A stretch of 63,330 nt of DNA, filler included, from Cercozoa sp. M6MM (taxonomy: Eukaryota > Protista > Endomyxa: Ascetosporea): NCBI GenBank assembly GCA_040357565.1. It is 9 parts of 9 records of this genome, joined end to end, with 100 filler letters (N's around TTAATTAATTAA, not from the genome) between each part and the next. Parts side by side here need not be neighbours in the genome. Positions count along the whole stretch, not along the records: positions 44,873 to 61,794 come from JBDODJ010000275.1; positions 61,895 to 63,330 come from JBDODJ010002035.1; 7 more parts are not named here. One strand, 5' to 3'. The notes under the pieces are model-generated. The model saw only the letters and a program-made list of their open reading frames with translations. It was not told the origin of the DNA and searched no databases. Position 1 is the stretch's first letter. Each line of letters opens with the position of its first letter. Shown one piece after another: positions 55,231-63,330 of this stretch. Position numbers and translations under genes: made by a program.

Positions 55231-58200
55231 ATGAAACTTCTCTACAGCGCTCTGCTTGCCGCGTCGGGAGCCGGATTTGTGTAAATTTTAACTCTCCCTA
55301 TCCACCCACCTCCTCCTTCGTGTTAAATCTAGGTTGTCGAGTTGAGCTGACTTAAATCTTATTTCTCAGGAATGCCGAGTGGAGACAGGCCACAGAAACC
55401 TTGAATCAGGCTCGCGCCGCCTATGATGAGCTCGTTACGTGTTCTTTGGACGGGCTGGGACACCGTGTGTGCGCCGAAGTCTATCAGCACATGCAAGACA
55501 TGGGGGGTGCCAACGGAGAGAACATCGAGCAGCACCTCGAAGAGCTCTCTCAGGTCAACAAAGTCAATGTCGCTCTTCGGTACTAAATTTACAGTACTTT
55601 GACGACTCGTGCACTTTGGATTACTCCTGTATGGTGTTGTGACCTTCTCAGATGCGGCGTTCGCTTCGAAGGCAATATCAAACAGTGGTTGCAGCCGAGC
55701 TTGCCGGCCTCGCGTTCGGACTGTTCTGAACCGACGACCGGCACGGCCGGTGCCATCCTCGAAGCCTACCTTGAAAACGCTACTGAGGCCTGTCGTGCCG
55801 CTATTCCAGGCGACGGTGACGACGAGAAGAGTGACAACCTTCACCGCATGCTCGACTTTGGCCACATGAGCCAAGCGTCCGTGCGTTCATTGATCTCGAT
55901 ATACATAAATAGATGGATATAGAATTAAATTTATATATATATATATATATATAGAGATGTAAGATATACATCCGTGCTGATTGGAAGAAGTGTGTATGTA
56001 GGATCGTCCCGATGACCGTTGTTTCATTGCATTGAATGCGACCACTGCAAAAGGCGAGAAGGTACACCCAGATTGATTCATGGTGGAGGGAGCAGTAAAC
56101 AATTTGGTGCTGTTGCAGCTGCGCGATCAGTTCCTGCAAGAGACTGGCGCCATTGCTACAGCCGTAAGTTACCGATCACTACTTTTGCCTTTAATCTGTA
56201 TCTTAAACTATAAATTTTCGTAGCTCAAGGAAGCTGCGCAAGCGGGTCTGCCCGATTTGCTGGGCCGCGCAGACGAAGTCTTGGAGATGCGCAACGAAGC
56301 AGTGCGTCTCCGGTCGCTGTAAGTCCACACTCCCAGTCTAGTACAGTAAGTGTGCGTGAGGTATGATTTCTGACCGACTGTAGTATTGGCAAGAAGGCTT
56401 ACATCGTTGTTGACGTGCAAAAGGTAATATATACACTAAAATTTAGAATTCCGTCTTCTAAAATGTAAATTGTCCCAGGACTTCACCACTTGGCTCCGTG
56501 TCAATCCCGACGCTGCGTCTCCCGAGGCACAAGAAGCAAAGGTACCATTGCTTCATGTACAAGCTGAAGGTGTACGATACTTCTGACGCTCTTGTACCTT
56601 TTTTGTGTGAACTCGCTGTAGCAAGCCCTGCAAGTGATGCGCGACATGTTCGTTCGTGCAGCGACTGGAGACTTCCACTACTCGGACGAACATGTGCCGT
56701 CTTCCTTAAGCCTGAGTGTTTTGTGCTGTAGAAGTATGTGCCTCTCCCCTGCAGGTGCAACACGCAGCGGATCTTGTCGCACACTACGCCAAAACGGGCG
56801 CCATTGTGCCCGGCTCGCTCAACGGCTTCACCGGTGCGCCATTGCCGGCGCTGCGTCGTTTCGACGGCGGATTTCCGGGGGCACCGAAACCGGAAGGTCA
56901 GGCGCTCGGCTGGCTCGACAGCAACACCCTCATCGAGGGTCTGAATGAGCTGCGACGCCGCCACCCGTGGCATGAGGTCATCTACACTGGCGATCATCAT
57001 CCTGTATATTGTCCTTTATGGCACTACTTGTATGTGTAAATTTATATTCCCCTCGCCCCCTCCCGGGGACTACAGGTGCAACACATCTCGTGCTGGCAAC
57101 CCCGCTGCTTTGCCTCTGACGCCACCGCGATCACTGACGCGTACCTTGTTTTCATCCTGTAGTTTTGTACCCTAAAGGAGGACTGTATGTGTATTCTACA
57201 CAGTCTCAACACACTCGGCGAGGACAACAAGGTCGCAGGCTTGCGGAGAGAGTTCCAGGAAGTGAGCGTTATCAATTACGACGACTTTGTCAACAAAGCG
57301 GCCGAGATCGTCGTCCAAGCAGCTGCCGTGGCTGACGTTAACGACGTGGCCGGAGGAATCAACTGGCTCGCCGACCAGGTCTACGAGGCGCGCAAGGTGG
57401 ACCCGGCCAAGAGAGACCCGGTGTGCCACTGGGAGATGATGCGTCCGGCCGGCGGCATCCACCTGCGTCACCACGGCCAAGCGATCCCTCAGCCAGTTTT
57501 CCCGGCGCACTGTCTGCACAACCCGGAGACCTTCATGCCACTGCAGGACGGCGAAGTCGATGGCGTTATCATCGGCACTGGTGCCGAGCTGAACCCGCAG
57601 CTCGAGTTGGGTGCCTCCTTCCAAGGCTACAATGAGGAGGCCATGTGGAACATCGAATCGAGTCGCACCGAGGTGCTGTGGCCCAAGGCGCACATGCACA
57701 ACCAGGACTCCTTCTCGGCTGCTGTGCTGACCAATGAGATGACGCCCACCGGTCTGTTCGAATACCTGAACAGCAAGGGTATCACTGAGGTTGTCATGGG
57801 AGGCATCGTCTTTACCATCTGCGTCGGCAACTCCGCTCGTCACTTGCACAACTACCCGGTAAAGCCTTAACTGCTGTATTCAGTGCGACACCTTGTTTCA
57901 ATGATCTATTGTGTGTCCGACAGATAAACGCCACTCAGCTCGAGGCGGCTCACCCGAACTACCCGTTCTTCCCGTTCAAGAGCGCTGCTGGCAAGTACGA
58001 GCTACCGGCGATTCTGTCTGGTGGCGACATCACTGCCAACCATGGTACTTTGCTCTGTAGTACATCGCTGATACAACATGAATCAAGTCAATTACTGGTC
58101 TTGATACTGTAGGAGCTGAAGTCGGCGGTAGCAACTTGCGCGGAGCCGAAGTCGAGCTGCAGAGTCTCGCCGAGGAATACCCGCACCTGGTGCCTCTCCT

Positions 58201-58928
58201 CACTGTCGTCAACGAGACGAAAAACCTTCAGGGTACAAGCCTCAGTAACAACGAGTTTGAAGATTCGAGTACGGGTGTTTGCTTACTTGACAGGAAAGGG
58301 CTTTGACATAACTCTCGTGAACGACTTGGTCAGTTTTTTTGTGTTCCTCTTGATTTGCTACTATTTGTACTGTACCAATTAATGCACATGTGCGTTCTCA
58401 GGCTGTCGACCTCAAGGCACTCACCATGGACGAAAAGTGCGCCCAGACCTCGGCACAGTTCACGTGAGTTGACTTCCGGATTGTACAGTGAGTAGTATTG
58501 AGCACGGGACATGCCCAAATTAAACCTGCGCAGTGACCCGGTGGCGTGCCTGCTGCGTCAAGACGTCGAAGCTGTGGATGCGCACTTTGCGCACGCTCTA
58601 GTGCGTCCCAAGAGCAAGATGTACCCGCCGCTTCTGCGCAAGTCCCAAGACGACGGCATCAAGTGCTCAATCCGCGAGCCGATTCAGTTCGCGTACCTTC
58701 ACTCAATCATACTTGACTCTAAATGGGACTGCAAATATTGTGGGTTGGTGTCACTTCAGCGACCTATCGGTGGACATGTTCGGGCACGCCGTGTGCCAGG
58801 CCGTGATGTTCACTGCGCCTCACGCGGCGCCTGCTCCCGCCGAACCGGAAGCAGGTGCCCCTGCACCGCTCCAAACCGCCGAACCGGAAACAGGCACCCC
58901 TGCACCGCTCCAAGAGGAGGAGGAATAA
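55231..58928 (+). CDS. Signal-peptide-bearing nicotinamidase/pyrazinamidase (PncA, isochorismatase family)-like protein with an N-terminal extension and large insertions
   Basis: MKLLYSALLAASGAGF; AYIVVDVQK|DFTTGS; YTGDHHP|VQHIS; FPAHC...GTGAELNPQL; WPK...DSFSA...TGLFEYLNSKGITEVVMGGIVFTICVGNSA; GFDITLVND. Confidence 0.8.
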
Positions 58929-59356
58929 CCAAACAAACCTCTTGTCAAGCTGGACTTTCCGGCATGCTTCGTCTGGTCCGTCATTGAATCGAACTGAACT
59001 GAACCGAATTGAATCGAATTGAACTGAGCAGTCAGAGCAGAACTAAACACATCTGAACGGAGGTGAATGTGGGAATCCTCCCCTATCGTCGGGTAAAAAT
59101 AGTGTAGTGGGTTAATGGCGGATCTGTTTCCTGCAGAAACCAAGCCAAAACTGTTAGATACGCACCAACATTAGTCCAAGACACTCTCTGAACACAATTT
59201 AAAGCGGCACCGTCGACGTTAGAGAGGTTTATTTTCCAGTTTTTTCAGACTTGATAATTCTCAACATGAGAATTTATCAAGTAAAATTCCGACTCGAAAT
59301 ATCGTTTTTTTCTTTTTTGCGAAGTTTTTGTCTGAATTCTCATATAGCGAACACAT

Positions 59357-61377
59357 TCAACCACTAACACGTGCGTTAAAATAATCGTCATCCTCCATGC
59401 GCATCGCAGCATCATCTAGGCGACGCTGCACCAGCCCCTGTCGTGCGACTTGACGTGAAGTTCGATGAAGACACGGGCTTTCATCGCCATCACTCGAGTC
59501 AGCGCAGGAAGTTTCATCACCAAACTCGTTGGTCTCGTCCTCATGTGACACGTCACTCAACAGAGCTGCTTCATCTTCAGGGCCTTCGACGGCTAGCGCC
59601 AAGCTTCGCTCGACTTGTTCTTGAAGATTGCTCGTCGGTTCGGCCTACCAGCGCAATAGATGAAACACGCAGTATCCTTGAAATACAGCGAATTACAGTG
59701 TCACTGTTGTTTCTGGAGCGTTCAAGCTTTGCTTGTTGAATGCGCTCCTCGTAGTACAGCATCCACTCTTTGTCACTGTCGGTGTAATTCTCATTGATGT
59801 CTTCACCTCCATACTCCACCATCGCGTCCAGCAAGCGAGACCAGCGCTGCTTTGCTTCCATTTTGATGCAGTTCATGAACCTACCAGAAGCGGAAACACG
59901 CTTTTTGAACAGGCTCTACATTTCATGATGGTACAGTAAACTTACCACTGGAGTGCCTTGATTGCCAAGCAAACATCAGAAGGCGTGCGGGCGGACTGTA
60001 GTGCGTTCATCCGTCTTGAGTATCGCTTGCCGACGCTGTGCATACCCTCAGCGCTGTTGATGTGCACCAGTTGGCCATCCGCGGCAGTTCGCGAAAATGT
60101 GCTGCCATAAATCTGCCATAAATCGAACCCCCAGATAAATTTACAACAGCAAGATGTTGTTGACCTAGTAGAATATGCTGTACCTGATTGAGGAGTGGTT
60201 GCACTGGTAATGCTGCATGCCAACAAGAGACGTCGACTCGGAGTAGGCTCGCCATTTGTCGGTCTAGCAAACAAACTACAACTTACAATACAAATCGGTG
60301 TTTAATCGATACCTGTATGATGGTTTTGGGTTCAATGTGCTGGCGCACATGCCGTCCAATCGTGTCACTGTCGCGCTTTGGCACAAGCTTCCAGCGAACT
60401 TCTTCGACCTCGCGTTTTTTCGTCCCGTTGTCGCGCGTCGTCTGTGCAACAACATGACATCGCGTATATGCAAACGCGGAAAAGACTGGGGCATGTGCGT
60501 ACCTCCGACACTTCCGTGAAAGTGAGTACCCACATTGTTCCAGCCAGGCGACCACGGTGACCGATGTGAAACTTTTTGGCTGCCCCACACCCATCTCATC
60601 AACCTAAATGTAAAGTAATACTTGGTTACGCATGTAAGTACTGAATGAAAGCTAAAGTGTGGTATCCTATACCTCGGTGAGACCACGCATTTTCTTTTGC
60701 TTCTCGCGTGCCACTTCTGCCATGTACATCACTTGAAACACGTGCTTCTTGACGCTGCGAATGAAGTCTTTGCCGAGCCCAGTTTCGTCCTGAATTTCAC
60801 TCACACGGCGTTTTCGGCAGACGCACTGGACGACTCGGAGTACTTCGTGGAGTTGCTTGCGGTGGGGAGCGAAGAAGTTCGGAATGCCACAATCACGCAG
60901 CTGCTTTTCTCTATCGCAGACATGCATACTATTCGACGACAATGTCAAGGCAATGCATTAAATACCGTTTGCACTTGTCACAAACAAAAGCAACACGAAA
61001 GACAGCACTTTGGGGCAGCAACACTGTCGACATCGACTCAGCAAATTGTTGTTTTTTCTTCAAAAACTTCTTGAACGTCGTGAGTTTTCCAAGCGCCACA
61101 AAGTCTTGCAGTGACGGATGGAACCAGCGTGTTCCGAGCTTGGTACTGGAAGAACTCGCGCTGTGATGAGCATGTGCTCTCCCCGCACTCTCTAAACAAG
61201 CATCAAAGAGCACATTTTAAGTACGCGAGTAAGCTAAATACACAGCCCCAAGCACAAGCAAGAACAATACACACCAACACCCATACACGTATTAATCAAT
61301 TACCATTCAACAGCTTCACTCGCACTCGCATGTGCTTTTCGGGTGCCCACGGCTGCAGGTGGGCCACCTTCCTGCAT
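59357..61377 (-). mobile_element. Merlin (IS1595/ISXO2-like) DDE transposase gene, about 8 introns, one frameshift
   Basis: CDKCKR|EKQLRD..NFF, HTH-like segment, TE|VDEMGVG, HRGRLAGTMWV, VPKRDSDTI..HVRQHIEPKTIIQ|TDKWRAY...HYQCNHS, VHINSAEG. Confidence 0.85.
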
Positions 61378-61916
61378 TTGGACCGAAAAAACGCTCTAAC
61401 ACGAAAGGAAATAACGACCCATCGTTCGGAAAGGCTCTGTCGAACGTAAAACGGTCGAAAAAGTCGTCCAACTGCTGTAAACAACGCGCAGACATGACAA
61501 AAAAAGGGTACTTTCTCGGGCAAAAATAACTGAAAAATCGCAAAAAATCAGAAAAATGCTCAGACGTACATTCTGAGCCCGTCTTAAAAGTACTAGAATG
61601 AGTTAAATTCTTAACAGGCAACATGTTAGACACACTAAACAGTCAATCTGTGCAGGAAACGGATCCGACAATATCCCGCCACTGTTACGTCACTGATAGC
61701 CCAGAAGCTAAAACGGAAAGTAGACTCGGAAACCCGCCTCAAATTTTGATTCGCGCGCAATCGATTCCGTTCGCCATGCGATCGAGTGCATCGCNNNNNN
61801 NNNNNNNNNNNNNNNNNNNNNNNNNNNNNNNNNNNNNNTTAATTAATTAANNNNNNNNNNNNNNNNNNNNNNNNNNNNNNNNNNNNNNNNNNNNGGGGGG
61901 GGGGGGGGGTATGCTA

Positions 61917-62196
61917 CCGCGAGCGGCGCATGCGCTCGCCCTTGGCGAGGTCGCTGTGCGCACGCTGAGCGGCACGCAGCGTGTCGAGCTTGATATCACG
62001 CAGCGTGGAGCGCCAGAACTTGCCCTCACGGCGCAGGTGCTGTGCCTGACGTCGCTTCTGCTCAGCCTCGCCAAAGGCCTTGCGCTCCTGCAGACACACA
62101 ACACATAGACACATAGACACATAGACACATAGACACATAGACACACACACACAGACACAGAACACACAGACACAGAACACACACACACAGACACAG

Positions 62197-62233
<37 letters not shown>

Positions 62234-62780
62234 ACAGACCAGACACACAGACCAGACACACAGACACAGACACAGACACAGACACACACGGGTGCCTATA
62301 GTCTAATCCTACCAGGTTGAATCGGTCCAGCACAAGCTTGCGCGTGTCGGCGCGGTGGAAGGCGAGCTCGACCTTGTCCATGTAACCAGGCGTATTGGCC
62401 ATGGCGGCGTCGCCCGTGTGTCGGTCCCACTCGAGGCGACTCGACTGGTCGAGCGACATGCGCGAGCGCGCCTCGGCCTTGACACGCGGCAGCATCGGCG
62501 TCGGTGCCACCAGGCGCGGTCGCACGCCGTTGGCTACGTCGCCCGGCTGCTGCAGAAAGTCGCGCGGCTCCTTCTTCAGCACCTCGCGCTGGTAGCGCAG
62601 TCGGTTGTCCACGAACGAGCCCTCCCTCACATCGCGCAGGCGCTCACTGCCAGGTCGCCTCAGGTAGCCTGCACACATGCATGCGTACCATCTACTTGGC
62701 TCACAATCACCAGCACACTCATACCTTGTTTGGCCGCTGATTTCTCAAGCGCCGGCGTTCCACGGCTCGCAGAACGCACG
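61917..62780 (-). CDS. Hypothetical multi-exon protein, 3' truncated; 5' end uncertain
   Basis: GC-rich, codon-biased exons GYLRRPGSERLRDV...KLVLDRFNL|ERKAFGEAEQKRRQ. Confidence 0.55.
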
Positions 62781-63223
62781 CCTGCAAATAAAACAAGTCA
62801 GGCGCAAACATCAAAGCAACCCCCCCCCCCCCCCCCCACCCCACCGAGTGATCGCCGATCACCAAAACCTCCAAATGCATTATTGTTATTGGTCACAAGA
62901 CATCAGCGTGCCGCGGTGTGCACACACTCAGGAATGACAGGTGCGAGCGGCAGAAGGGCGAATTGCCCCTCGCGCTGCAGCCACTCGGCGCACAAACACA
63001 GATTTTTCTTCGGCACGCACGACAAGATGATTACCCTGCGTTCTCCACCGTGCAAGCATTGCCACCGCCACAGGGTTGGCGTATATCGTGGCACTTGCGC
63101 AAACTGAGATCTGCCCGGTATGGGACAATCGGAATCAGCTTGTAGACAAACTCTGGCTCGAAGGAAAGTAGCTCTGGAAAAGAGAAATTGTGGTCCGTTA
63201 GCACTGTGCAGGCGCGTGTTAAA

Positions 63224-63274
63224 ATGGGTTTGCTTGTGTCCAAGTTGTTTACGAGTCTGTTCGATCAGCAGGAG
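63224..63274 (+). CDS. Arf/Arl-family small GTPase, first exon
   Basis: MGLLVSKLFTSLFDQQE|gtatgg: N-myristoylation Gly2 plus the amphipathic helix typical of Arf/Arl proteins. Confidence 0.6.
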
Positions 63275-63330
63275 GTATGGCAGCTAGTCCATTTTCGCTT
63301 TGTCTCTTCGTGGCGCTTTCATTTGTAACG

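Overview
This is eukaryotic (protist-like) nuclear DNA, not a prokaryote. It is gene-dense, with many short (mostly about 45-80 nt) GT-AG introns, so the six-frame ORF track is mostly exon fragments. The window is a pseudo-scaffold of 9 pieces joined by 8 artificial 100-nt linkers (N44-TTAATTAATTAA-N44), so neighbourhood across linkers is meaningless. Manual splicing supports these genes: a bacterial-type AzoR/flavodoxin_2 azoreductase, MMADHC/CblD, a DUF202 membrane protein, an IQ-motif protein, importin alpha, a RecQ helicase, a kynurenine-formamidase-like hydrolase, a DDX60-like helicase, RPS3A/eS1, axonemal dynein DNAI1, exosome RRP43, an ER DnaJ, a SERCA-type Ca-ATPase, a TPR protein, Sam50, a TmcB-like PAS membrane protein, a signal-peptide-bearing nicotinamidase-like protein and an Arf/Arl first exon. 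Highlights: (1) a U18-type C/D snoRNA inside RPS3A intron 2; (2) an apparently secreted, heavily expanded PncA-like enzyme; (3) a Merlin/IS1595-type transposase with about 8 introns and one frameshift; (4) a 5' splice-site bias to GTAC lacking +5G, with introns that each carry their own tandem repeat; (5) a dispersed repeat family ending in (AACT)n that flanks, in inverted orientation, a small 11-mer-repeat membrane protein gene. All family calls come from recalled motifs; no database searches were run.
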